The notes below the pieces were generated by a model. It did not search any database. It was given only the letters and a program-made list of their open reading frames with translations, and was not told where the DNA came from. Shown here one piece after another: positions 38,990 through 48,295 of a stretch of DNA of 64,000 bases; position 1 is the stretch's first letter, and every line of letters starts with the position of its first letter. Source of the stretch: Candidatus Latescibacterota bacterium (GTDB lineage: Bacteria > Latescibacterota > UBA2968 > UBA8231); contig CBDFJF010000002.1 in the NCBI GenBank assembly GCA_965248265.1, forward strand, positions 2,144,001-2,208,000. The letters are read 5' to 3'. Made by a program: the position numbers and the translations under genes.

Positions 38990-41013
38990 GCCAGTGAGAC
39001 GACCTTGAGAGCGGTGTTCGTCCCCTCGTCGGTAGCGACGTCGAGGCGCAGGATGTATACCCCCGGTACGGCGAGTGTGCCGGCGCCGTCTGTGCCGTCC
39101 CAGGTTGCGCTCTGACGTCCGCTCGTCGAAGGCCCGTCAAAGACGACGGCCACCTTTCTGCCCGCCAGGTCGTACAGACTTAGTGTGACGGGTACGGCAC
39201 CGGACAAGTTGACGAGGTCGAAGGAGATCTCGATGGCGTCGTTGACACGGTCGCCGTTGGGGGTGGCCACCGGAGTCGACAGCTGGAAGGCTTGTATCGA
39301 GCTCTGGCCGAGATCGGCCAGTCCCACTGAGAGGGTGTTGCTGTCCACCAATTCGTCGGCGTCGCCGGCGGCGATGCGCTGACGCGGCTCCCCAAGTCGG
39401 GAGCTGTCGAAGACCCTGCCCCGAAAGACGGTTCCGAACTTGAACACCTCGGTCTGGAACACGATTTCGATCAACTCGTTCGTGCGCTGCAGGTCGATGT
39501 GGGGGAGATTGACGACGAAGCTGGTCGGACCCGGCTCCCAACCCCACTCCGACTCATCCAGGTACACCTCGTTTATCCGCACCGAATCCACGCTGGTGAC
39601 CTCGGTCGCCGTCTCGATCTCGATGCTGTCGAACCCGAGGTCCCTGCGGAGCAGCTGCGGCAGCACCAGGTACCGGAACTGGGTCAGGGTTCGCGCCGCC
39701 ACTACGGGTGGAGCGATCTCCGCCACCACCTGGCTGGCGATCGGCGGGCTCGATACGCGGAACTCGAGATAGTCGAGGCGCCGTCTCGAGCGGGTGTTCG
39801 AGGACGTGAGGTCGACGTCGAACTGCACGTATTGGCGTGGTCCATCCGCCGCCAGCGGCGCTTCGCGGGCATCGAAATCGAGCGGGGTCGTCCAGAACTG
39901 CCAGTTCTTGCTGTCCGGCGCGATGCCTGCCCGTTCACCGGCCTCGAGTCTCGCGTAGCTGGCGCGGGTCAGGGGTTTGCCGTCGGTGTCGAGGCCCGAG
40001 CGCTCCTCTCCTCTGAAGGTGTAGCGCGAGTATTTGTTGGGATCCGGGGTGTTGCCGCTGCGGGTGATGAGGTCCACCGTGGCGTCGGCCTCGCGCACCC
40101 CGCTCCACACGAGATCACCCAGGGTGGAGGGCTGTCCCAGATCGAGGATGTTCGAGCGGTAGCTCGCCCGCGGTACGTACCCATCTCCGTAGATCTCGAA
40201 CTCGGCGATTTCCCAGTCTCCTGTCAGGGCGATCAGGAAGATATTCTGAGTCGGGAAGCTGCTCACTTCCAGATCGAGGGTGGATATCCGGTTCTCGGTC
40301 GAGGAGAACACGATCCCCTCTCTCTCCCAGTCGACGAAGTCGGTCTCGTTCCGCGCGTATTGTAGGCTTCTGCGGGCTGTACCCTCAGGGGGTCCTATCG
40401 GAAGACCCAGACCTCGCAGGCCGTCCTTGCGTTCATCGCCGTCGTTGACCGCAATGGTGATCTCCTGCACGAAGCGCTGGTGCGCGTATCTCGGTGTGGG
40501 ATACATCTTGATGCGGGTAATGGGAAGGGGACCGCCGAGATCGATCGCGAGAATCTTGTACTGGCCATACGAGAACCCCGAAGAGCCGCCGTTGAACGCC
40601 GTCGTCGGGGCCTCGTCGATCATCAAATCGAGACCTGGTTCGTCACTGGAGGAGAAGCCGTCCGTCGACTTGATGGAACCGCCCCTGGCCCTGACGAAGG
40701 GAGTCAGATTGACGTTGGGGTCCAGCCTCTCGGGGGCTATGAAATCCGGGGCGAGTTCGACGAGACGACTGCTGCCGAAGAGCGCGTCGTCCGTCCCCGT
40801 CCACGGCAGCTGGACGAATCTGGAGGCGTCCCCGACCTCCGGTGCCGGCAGCTCGTCCCAGTTCAACCGCATGATCTCCAGCGGTCCGTCGATATCCGGC
40901 GCAGGGAGGCTCTCGCCACCGATTCTGTAGATGGTGACCGCGCCGCTATCCGATATCGACGACATGGCGAGTGCTAAGGCGAGTAGCCTGAACTGCAGTC
41001 GAGGCTTATCCAT
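38983..41013 (-). CDS. Secreted discoidin-like + FlgD-Ig protein (paralog of 28913)
   Basis: IDLGG...RIKMYP, WEIAEFEIYGDGYVP, TPNGDRVND...LYDLAGRKV...WDGTD...PGVY; ends VSLAY. Confidence 0.83.
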   Translation of the reverse strand: MDKPRLQFRLLALALAMSSISDSGAVTIYRIGGESLPAPDIDGPLEIMRLNWDELPAPEVGDASRFVQLPWTGTDDALFGSSRLVELAPDFIAPERLDPNVNLTPFVRARGGSIKSTDGFSSSDEPGLDLMIDEAPTTAFNGGSSGFSYGQYKILAIDLGGPLPITRIKMYPTPRYAHQRFVQEITIAVNDGDERKDGLRGLGLPIGPPEGTARRSLQYARNETDFVDWEREGIVFSSTENRISTLDLEVSSFPTQNIFLIALTGDWEIAEFEIYGDGYVPRASYRSNILDLGQPSTLGDLVWSGVREADATVDLITRSGNTPDPNKYSRYTFRGEERSGLDTDGKPLTRASYARLEAGERAGIAPDSKNWQFWTTPLDFDAREAPLAADGPRQYVQFDVDLTSSNTRSRRRLDYLEFRVSSPPIASQVVAEIAPPVVAARTLTQFRYLVLPQLLRRDLGFDSIEIETATEVTSVDSVRINEVYLDESEWGWEPGPTSFVVNLPHIDLQRTNELIEIVFQTEVFKFGTVFRGRVFDSSRLGEPRQRIAAGDADELVDSNTLSVGLADLGQSSIQAFQLSTPVATPNGDRVNDAIEISFDLVNLSGAVPVTLSLYDLAGRKVAVVFDGPSTSGRQSATWDGTDGAGTLAVPGVYILRLDVATDEGTNTALKVVSLAY

Positions 41014-41015
41014 GA

Positions 41016-41049
41016 GAAAAGGGGGAGAATCCAGCCGGATTCTCCCCCT
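41016..41049 (-). terminator. Intrinsic terminator-like hairpin after the 41086-42000 gene
   Basis: 13-bp perfect stem AGGGGGAGAATCC/GGATTCTCCCCCT (41020-41049), 4-nt loop, followed by TTT on the minus strand. Confidence 0.75.
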
Positions 41050-41085
41050 CCCCGTCCTATGTGATGGGTAAAGTAAGGCGACTCG

Positions 41086-42000
41086 CTACTTCCTGAAGGA
41101 CGCCTTGATGTTCGCCCAGCTGTCCTCTTCGACGGCCGTCGGGTCGATGATGTCCGTGTCTATTGGCAGCAGGAGATAGTCAGACAGGAAGTCGGCATTG
41201 CAGCAGGCCTGGCCGGGGACGCCCAGATTCCAGCGCGCATTATTTCTGTCCTCGCCTTCATCGGTGCCGTCAGTGTCGTCCACGCTCACGTTCAGGCCGA
41301 TGATCTCGCCTTCCATCATCGGGTGCTCGACGCCGGCGTTGGGATCATCATGGTTGTAGTCGTCAAACACCGTGAACATGAACTCGCCACGGTAATTAAA
41401 CTCCTCACTGTTTCCCGGCGTACCCTCGTATTCGTAGACCCCGTCCCCCCACGGCAAGTCATCGTGCCAGTCCGACGCGGACATCCAGGCCCAGAGCCAC
41501 GTTTCCTTTCTCAAGCCGTCGTCGAAATAGACCTGGTAGATCTGGGCGTGGCGGTTCCGGTTCCGTAGGTTTTCCTCATCCGTGCCACCTTCGATGTTCC
41601 AGAAGGTGCCGCCCGAATGGTCGGCGTCGATGGCAGGCGAGATATTGTCCCATTGCGTCCAGTCGTTGTCGAACCGCTCGTAGGCCCAGTGGAGCTTGCT
41701 CGAGCCCTGCACGAAGCTCGGTATGAAGCGGAACGAAAGGTCGGATGCGTCGAGGTCTGCCGCCTTCGTTTCATTTCCGTCGAACATGAACGAAGAGTTC
41801 ACATTGTAGTTCTCGTGCGTAAACCAGAATTCCTCCGGGACCCTGTCCCAGTCGGACAGGTCTGCATCACGCACCGGCACTTGGTTCGCCGGCCACTGCC
41901 AGATTATGCCCCGATAACCTTCCGGAGCATGCCCAACCACAGGGGCGCTGAGGGCGCAGATCAGAGCACAGACACCCAGGCCTGCTACGATCTTCTTCAT
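41086..42000 (-). CDS. Secreted acidic protein (CBM9/DOMON-like) with C-terminal PTAVEEDSWANIKASF tail
   Basis: SD AAGGAGG, MKK signal peptide, DADLSDW, IDADHSGG, IIGLNVSVDD; fold call is inference. Confidence 0.78.
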   Translation of the reverse strand: MKKIVAGLGVCALICALSAPVVGHAPEGYRGIIWQWPANQVPVRDADLSDWDRVPEEFWFTHENYNVNSSFMFDGNETKAADLDASDLSFRFIPSFVQGSSKLHWAYERFDNDWTQWDNISPAIDADHSGGTFWNIEGGTDEENLRNRNRHAQIYQVYFDDGLRKETWLWAWMSASDWHDDLPWGDGVYEYEGTPGNSEEFNYRGEFMFTVFDDYNHDDPNAGVEHPMMEGEIIGLNVSVDDTDGTDEGEDRNNARWNLGVPGQACCNADFLSDYLLLPIDTDIIDPTAVEEDSWANIKASFRK

Positions 42001-42123
42001 GAGAAGCCTCCTTGTAGGGAAGGAACGAAGCTCGGCACGTCTTTCAAAAGTGCACCGAGTCTTGAATAAAGAGCAATGTAGATTGCTGCACCGCTAGTCA
42101 TTAGTGTGGCCAAGTGTGGCTAA

Positions 42124-42179
42124 ACATTGGTTGAAACAATGTAATAAATAGTTTGGTTGAAACAATATAATAAGATAGT
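42124..42179. repeat. AT-rich imperfect 26/27-bp tandem repeat with operator-like palindrome
   Basis: TTGGTTGAAACAATGTAATAAATAGT / TTGGTTGAAACAATATAATAAGATAGT; ACATTG-N7-CAATGT at 42124-42142. Confidence 0.8.
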
Positions 42180-42289
42180 TTGTAACTACCTACCGAAAAG
42201 TTGTGCGTGAAAAATCGCGGCCTGCTCAACTGGGCCAAATAACCCAAATTGCACGAACCAAACCGAGGAGAGCCTGTAAGAGGTCCCCC

Positions 42290-44905
42290 ATGAGGTGGTT
42301 CGGATACAACATGCTGGTCGTTTCGACTCTCCTGTGCGCCGTTTCCGGCGCCCAGGCCCAGAAGGGTCACAGGATCAGAGCGAACGACGTCGTGATCGAG
42401 GGAAGACGTCACTTCGAGAACTGGGTGTCGGCCGCCGCCACCGTCGAGGTCGGCGTGGATGGCGTCCGTCCGCGGCACCTGCGAAGGCACACGAACGCCG
42501 TCCTCGAAATCGTGGAGGCCTTGCGCCAGCGGCCACCGAAGCACCTGAGGAACACGCCGCCGGAGCAGATCGAGCTGATCGACGCGGTGCAGGCCGGCTC
42601 GAACCGGGAGGATGTGGTCAACGTCTTCGACGGTGACATGAAAACCTACTGGGAGCCCGAGCCCCCGTCGTCAGACGAGGTCAATCTGGCCAGCGAGTGG
42701 TGGTTCACGGTGGATCTGGGACGGGTCGTGTTCGCCAACCGGATCGTCCTGCGCTTCGTCCATCCCAGGCAGGGAGATCCCTTTCTCCTGTTCGACGTGC
42801 TCACCTCGGATGGCCAGAAGCCGCCCTCCGCGATCGCCGGCGAGAACATCGAGTTCCTGCCGGTGATCGAGACAATCGAGCCGAACAGGACCCGGCGGCG
42901 CTTCGAAGTGGATCTGTCCTACGCCGGCGAGGACGCGCGAGAGACCGTCATCAGGTTCGTCCAGGTCGTCGTCCGGGGCAGCAATCTGGACCGCGGTACT
43001 GAGGTGGGCGAACAGGAGTACGGTCTGCTGGATGCCGGGGAACAGGGAGTGGTGGAGTATACCAAGCGCCTCAGCGACGCGAGGGAGTCGGCAGTGCCCG
43101 AGCAGGTCTACTGGGAGCTGGAGCCCGAGCGACGGGGCAGCATCCGCTACTTCCGCCGCGAACGCCCCCGGCTTGCAGAGCTCGAAGTGTGGGGAGATGG
43201 CGACGAGATCCTGGGCGGCACGCTGTTCCGCGGTGGGGCGATCGAGGGAGAGAAATTGGAAAATGTCGGCACCCTCCTCGACGACGATATGCTCACGAGC
43301 CTCTTCGTGGATACCGATGGTCCCGTCGGGAGTCAGGATGAGGTCGTGGTCGATCTGGGTTCATCCTACTGGATCGACAGTCAGCGAATGGTCGTGTCTT
43401 TTCGGCCGAACGAGCATGCTTCCAGTTTCTTCAAGTACGAGCTGGATTTCTCAGACGGTCGCCGGCATGCAGACGGCAGCCCCGTGTGGACAGTGGTGAA
43501 GCGCATCGAGCGGGAGCATATCGGCCATTTCTTAGGCCGCGTCCCGGCGAGCAGCATGATCGTCGATCGGCACGATTTCGATCCCGTCAAAGCCCGTTTC
43601 TTCCGGCTCCTGTGGGACGTCGAGCCGCGTAAGATTGGGAACCACGTCTATCTGGCGGAGATGCAGCTGTTCGGCTCTGGCTACCAACCCGAAGTCAGGC
43701 TGGAGTCTGACAACATCGAGATGCCGGGCAGTCAGAATCTCACCGAGATATCGTGGGAAGCCGACACGCCTCCCGGTACGCAGGTGGTGCTGCAGACGAA
43801 GACGGGAAACACCGTCCTCTCTGATACGCTCTATTACACCGATGACGGTGAGCTGCTGGGCAGAGGGGAGGCTGGGTCGAAGAAGTACTACAGCCGGGCT
43901 TGGAGGAGCAGCCAGGGCGAGAAGAAGCTCCTTCTCGAGGATGGACCGGATTGGTCGCCTCTGAGCGAGCGCTACGAGGATTCCTCCGGGAGCAAGATCA
44001 CCTCGCCGGCGCCTCGCAGAATGGTCAAGGTCCGTGCGACGCTGCTCTCCGACGACCCTCAAACCGCCGCCACGCTGCGCTCGATCCGGTTGAGGTTTGC
44101 CGATCCCATAGCGCGTCGGCTGCTGGGCGAAGTCATGCCGGCCAGAGTCGAGGCCCTGGGAGTCGAGCGCTCCTTTTCGCTGTATGTGAAGGTGGACACA
44201 CTGGAGCAGCGGTTCGACGAGCTCCTGGTGCGGGCTCCCGCGGGCATGGTGCTGGGAGAGGGAGATGATGTCGAGGAGCAGGTACACTTGTTTTCCGGTC
44301 TGGCCGCGGCAGACGAGCTGCAGCAAGCCGGCGATCTGCAGGTCCTGGGCTATGGCGACAGTCTCCACGTAAAATTTCCCCTCCTAGAATCCAGCGTAGA
44401 GGTCTTGCGGCTGGATTTTCCGGCGACGCTGTATTCCAGCGGCGGCCGTCTGGAGGCTTCCCTGCGGAACTCGGACTCGGAATTCTGGCAGCAAGTCGAT
44501 GTGGGCGATGCCACCAGCGAGATCGCCAGCAACACGCTGATAGTGGTCGCTCAGCCCGAGAGCAAGCAACTGTTCCGGGAACTGAATATCTCGCCGCGGG
44601 TCGCCTCTCCCAACGGCGATGGCATCAACGACGAGATCGTCGCCGAGTTTACCGTCGTCCTCTTAGGAGTGAGCGAGGCCGTTGAGATGGAGATCTACGA
44701 TCTGAGCGGTCGTCTCGTTCGTCGCTTGACAGCGCAGCGCGAGGCAAGCGCTGGCCGCTATCGGATCGACTGGGATGGCCTCGACGAGTCGGGCAAGCTG
44801 GCCCCGCCGGGGTTGTACGCGCTGCGGCTGAGCCTCGACGCCGACACCGAGGGCGCCGGGATCGATGAAAAGCACGCGGTGCGTACGATCGCACTGGCGT
44901 ATTGA
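42290..44905 (+). CDS. Secreted protein with two discoidin-like domains and a FlgD-Ig C-terminus
   Basis: FDGDMKTYW...VDLGR...LAELEVWG; second VDLGSSY...LAEMQLFG; SPNGDGIND...IYDLSGRLVR...WDGLD...PGLY; ends IALAY. Confidence 0.84.
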   Translation: MRWFGYNMLVVSTLLCAVSGAQAQKGHRIRANDVVIEGRRHFENWVSAAATVEVGVDGVRPRHLRRHTNAVLEIVEALRQRPPKHLRNTPPEQIELIDAVQAGSNREDVVNVFDGDMKTYWEPEPPSSDEVNLASEWWFTVDLGRVVFANRIVLRFVHPRQGDPFLLFDVLTSDGQKPPSAIAGENIEFLPVIETIEPNRTRRRFEVDLSYAGEDARETVIRFVQVVVRGSNLDRGTEVGEQEYGLLDAGEQGVVEYTKRLSDARESAVPEQVYWELEPERRGSIRYFRRERPRLAELEVWGDGDEILGGTLFRGGAIEGEKLENVGTLLDDDMLTSLFVDTDGPVGSQDEVVVDLGSSYWIDSQRMVVSFRPNEHASSFFKYELDFSDGRRHADGSPVWTVVKRIEREHIGHFLGRVPASSMIVDRHDFDPVKARFFRLLWDVEPRKIGNHVYLAEMQLFGSGYQPEVRLESDNIEMPGSQNLTEISWEADTPPGTQVVLQTKTGNTVLSDTLYYTDDGELLGRGEAGSKKYYSRAWRSSQGEKKLLLEDGPDWSPLSERYEDSSGSKITSPAPRRMVKVRATLLSDDPQTAATLRSIRLRFADPIARRLLGEVMPARVEALGVERSFSLYVKVDTLEQRFDELLVRAPAGMVLGEGDDVEEQVHLFSGLAAADELQQAGDLQVLGYGDSLHVKFPLLESSVEVLRLDFPATLYSSGGRLEASLRNSDSEFWQQVDVGDATSEIASNTLIVVAQPESKQLFRELNISPRVASPNGDGINDEIVAEFTVVLLGVSEAVEMEIYDLSGRLVRRLTAQREASAGRYRIDWDGLDESGKLAPPGLYALRLSLDADTEGAGIDEKHAVRTIALAY

Positions 44906-44970
44906 GCGACCTCCAGGCAGAATCTTCAGGCCGGGGATCACCGTCCCGGGTCGGAACAGTCCATCGAGCC

Positions 44971-46188
44971 CTACTCCAGGCCGATGGAGCCGTCGGGTTT
45001 GATGATGACGGGTCGGTCAAAGTCCTTTGGTGGATATGTGGCAGCAGCTTCTTCGTTCAGGTCGATGCCCAATCCCGGGCCCTCGGGCAACTCCATGTAG
45101 CCGTTGGCGATCTTCGGGAGAGGGGAGAAGAGCTCCTGGTTGAACGAAGAGGTGACGTCGTCGTTCACCTCCTGGATGAGGAAGTTGGGAACGGAGGCAT
45201 CGATCTGAGCACACGCGCAGAGCCCGACGGGGCTGCAGGCGTGGTGCGGGGCCAGTGAGATGTTCGAGAGTTCGGCAAACGCGGCCCGCTTCACGGTCTC
45301 CAGGATGCCGCCACAGGCGGTCGGTTCGAGCTGGATGATGTCGACGGCCCGCTTTTCGATGACGTCCTTGAACAGGTCGCGATGAACGACGCGTTCGCCA
45401 CCGGCGATCGGGATGCTCGTCTGACCTTTGACCTCGACGAGTTGATCGGGATTTTCGGTCAGGGCAGGCTCTTCGAGGAAGTAGGGATGGAAAGGTTCGA
45501 TGCCTTTCGCGAGTCGAATCGCATCGGCCGGGCTGAAGCTGCGCCCGTGGAAGTCGAGACAGATGTTGATGTCGGGTCCGACTGCCTCGCGAACCAGCCG
45601 CACGCGTTCGATGGATTCCTCGTATTCGCGGATGGGCGATTTTTCGACTTCCGTCCGCGTGACCCGCGGTTGATCCGAGAGGAGGTCGATGGCCTGCGGC
45701 CCGAACTTGAGTCCTGTCCATCCCTTCTCGACCAAAAGCTTCGCCTGCTCGTGGATCGGCTTTCCCTGCATCTGGGGCCAACGGGACCAGACGTTGCCGC
45801 TGGCGTAGACTCTGATCCGGTCTCTGACCGGACCGCCGAGCATCTTGTAGATGGGGAGCCCGCACGCTTTCCCCGTGATGTCCCAGAGTGCCTGCTCGAT
45901 GGCGCTGAGGGCCGACAACTCTCCCGTCCCGAGGGGATACCGCATCCCCCGGTAGATGGCGTTCCAGTTGTGGACAACACGCGTAGGATCCTGGCCGATG
46001 AGCCAGCGACGGAACTTCCGAACACAGCCCTCGATGATGTCCTCCAGGCTGTGGAAGGCCTCGCCGATTCCGTGGATGCCGTCGTCCGTTTCGATTTTGA
46101 CGATGGCGTGGTTACCGGCGTTCCCCGGGCCGAAGTTGACCGTATGGGGCTGGTTGATGAGGAAGAGCCTGACGTCAGTTATCTTCAT
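44971..46188 (-). CDS. Mandelate racemase/enolase-superfamily acid-sugar dehydratase (DgoD-like)
   Basis: MKITDV, IETDDGIHGIGE, ALWDITGKACGLPIYKMLGG, LDFHG, LEEP, GGER, APHH. Confidence 0.9.
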   Translation of the reverse strand: MKITDVRLFLINQPHTVNFGPGNAGNHAIVKIETDDGIHGIGEAFHSLEDIIEGCVRKFRRWLIGQDPTRVVHNWNAIYRGMRYPLGTGELSALSAIEQALWDITGKACGLPIYKMLGGPVRDRIRVYASGNVWSRWPQMQGKPIHEQAKLLVEKGWTGLKFGPQAIDLLSDQPRVTRTEVEKSPIREYEESIERVRLVREAVGPDINICLDFHGRSFSPADAIRLAKGIEPFHPYFLEEPALTENPDQLVEVKGQTSIPIAGGERVVHRDLFKDVIEKRAVDIIQLEPTACGGILETVKRAAFAELSNISLAPHHACSPVGLCACAQIDASVPNFLIQEVNDDVTSSFNQELFSPLPKIANGYMELPEGPGLGIDLNEEAAATYPPKDFDRPVIIKPDGSIGLE

Positions 46189-46258
46189 GGGAGCTTGTAT
46201 TATCTGGCCTCTCGCGAAGGAGGACAAGGGCGGCTTTCCGGTATAGTGCCGCGCGGCA

Positions 46259-47221
46259 CTAGTCAGCACTCTGCTCGATGCGCAGCAGCGCCTGGTGGAT
46301 GCGGTCGGCCTCGACGCGGATCTCGACGCCGGCGCGCTCCTCCTGCAGAAGCATGGCCGCGCGCGAATCGCGATCGCCCCAGCCGCGTTCGAGCGCTTGC
46401 GTGAGCTCGTCGAGGGCGAGATCCGCCATCGGGGTCGGTACCTCTAGCTCGCGCGCCAGTTCGATGGCCAGTGTCACATCCTTGTGCGCCAGGCGCAGAG
46501 CGAATCTCGGTGGCTCGAAAATGCCGGGTAGGAACTGGTTCACGAGCAGATCGAAGGTCCGCGCGCGTCCGGCCACCCCCTCCCGTATCGCCTCCCACAG
46601 CTCCAGCGGTTCGACGCCGGCTTTGACGCCGAGCGTGAACACCTCTGACAGGACCCGGTTGAGGGCGTAGTGCGAACAGTTGTGCACCAGCTTGGCGACC
46701 GTGGCGGCGCCGATCGGCCCGACAAACCGAGGCCTGTCGCCGATCACTTCGAGAAGCGGCCTGTAGTGGCTGAAAACGGACTCCTCACCGCTCACCCAGA
46801 TGGCGAGCGTGCCCGCAGCGGCACCGTGCGGCCCGCCACTCACCGGCGCATCCAGCAAGTGGACGCCTCGTCGGGCGAAGACCCCGTGGATGCGGCGCAC
46901 GACGGTAGGCGAATTCGTCGATAGATCGAACAGCACGCCACCCGCTTTCATCCCCGCAGTCATTTCATTGACAAGACCGTTCTCGCCCAGGGCGACGGCT
47001 TCCACTTCAGCTGGTCCTGGCAGTGAAGTGAACACGACCTGAGCAGCCCTGGCTACCCCGGCCGGTGACTCACCCCAGACGGCGCCCGCCTCCAAATGAG
47101 GATCGGCTGCAGCCCGGGACACATCGTGCACGACGAGGTGGTACCCCGCTCTCTGGAGATTGGCGGCCATCTGCCCGCCCATCGTCCCGAGGCCGATGAA
47201 TCCGACTCGCTCCTCCGCCAC
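46259..47221 (-). CDS. NAD(P)-dependent oxidoreductase, 3-hydroxyisobutyrate dehydrogenase family
   Basis: VGFIGLGTMG, DAPVSGG, AKLVHN, KDVTLA. Confidence 0.92.
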   Translation of the reverse strand: MAEERVGFIGLGTMGGQMAANLQRAGYHLVVHDVSRAAADPHLEAGAVWGESPAGVARAAQVVFTSLPGPAEVEAVALGENGLVNEMTAGMKAGGVLFDLSTNSPTVVRRIHGVFARRGVHLLDAPVSGGPHGAAAGTLAIWVSGEESVFSHYRPLLEVIGDRPRFVGPIGAATVAKLVHNCSHYALNRVLSEVFTLGVKAGVEPLELWEAIREGVAGRARTFDLLVNQFLPGIFEPPRFALRLAHKDVTLAIELARELEVPTPMADLALDELTQALERGWGDRDSRAAMLLQEERAGVEIRVEADRIHQALLRIEQSAD

Positions 47222-47222
47222 G

Positions 47223-47546
47223 TCAGGCCTGCTCGGCGAAGACGTCGACGGCGACACCGGCGGCGGACATCCCCGAGGGCCAGCCCGAATAGAACGCGAG
47301 GTGGGTCATCAATTCGCTCAGCTCGTCCTTCGTGACGCCATTCTCGAGCGCCCGGCCCAGATGTACCCGCAGCTGCTCGGGCCGGTCGAGGGCGACGAGG
47401 GCGGCCACCGTGATCAGACTCCGGTCGCGCTTGGAAAGCTCCGGGCGTTCCCAGACGTCGCCGAAAAGCACATCTTCCGTGAGCTCGATGAGCTTCGGCA
47501 CCACCGGACGAAGGCGCTCGCGACCTGCTGTCGATGTCTTGGCCAT
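47223..47546 (-). CDS. Carboxymuconolactone decarboxylase family protein
   Basis: LFGDVWERPELSKRDRSLITVAAL...HLAFYSGWP; SD GGGAGA before ATG 47546. Confidence 0.9.
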   Translation of the reverse strand: MAKTSTAGRERLRPVVPKLIELTEDVLFGDVWERPELSKRDRSLITVAALVALDRPEQLRVHLGRALENGVTKDELSELMTHLAFYSGWPSGMSAAGVAVDVFAEQA

Positions 47547-47753
47547 CAGTCTCTCCCGTTTCCAGTTTCGTGAATGATCGTGCGCTGGTTTGCAGCACGA
47601 AAGGAGGCCGCTGGCGCGGCTCCTGTCAACGACGAAGAGCTCGACGATCAGGCTCTGCCCGGTGGCTCCAGCCCCTTGACAAACTACCGGTAAAAAAGTC
47701 CCTTTTCGTCTCTGTCCGTTATCCTTCCTAACCAAACGGAGCGAAACTGTGCA

Positions 47754-48260
47754 ATGAGCTTCCGATCGATTGACCATTTCGGTATCTCGGTGGAGAGCCT
47801 CGACCGCTCGATCCCCTGGTGGACGCGATTTCTCCAGAGCGAGCCGTTCCAGCGCGGCACATGGACGGCGTCCGAGCTGGACGATTACGTCGGCCGGGTA
47901 CTGGCGTATCCCGAATGCGACATGTCGGCCGCGTTTTGGGCCTTGCCGGGGGGATCCGTCCTGGAGCTCATCGAGTACCACAACCCGCCCCCAGGACGCG
48001 TCGACATGGAGACGAACAACGTCGGCAACAGTCACCTGTGCCTGGAGACGGAGGACATGCGAGCTGAATACGAGCGCCTGCGCGATTTCGTGGAATTCCG
48101 CAGCCCGGAGCCAGTCGAAAGTGTGTGGGGGCCTTACAAGGGCACCCTTGTGTGCTACCTGCGAGATCCGGACGGCATCTCGATCGAGCTGGTACAGTTT
48201 CCGAAGATCGGACGGCCCTTCCAGGAATCCAGTCCGTTTTCGAGTCCTTATGTGAGGTAA
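47754..48260 (+). CDS. VOC/glyoxalase family protein
   Basis: IDHFGISVESLDRS, LELIEY, SHLCL, YLRDPDGISIELVQ. Confidence 0.9.
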   Translation: MSFRSIDHFGISVESLDRSIPWWTRFLQSEPFQRGTWTASELDDYVGRVLAYPECDMSAAFWALPGGSVLELIEYHNPPPGRVDMETNNVGNSHLCLETEDMRAEYERLRDFVEFRSPEPVESVWGPYKGTLVCYLRDPDGISIELVQFPKIGRPFQESSPFSSPYVR

Positions 48261-48295
48261 GGGAAACCGGCGTGGCTTCTTGGGATCTGGAGGCG

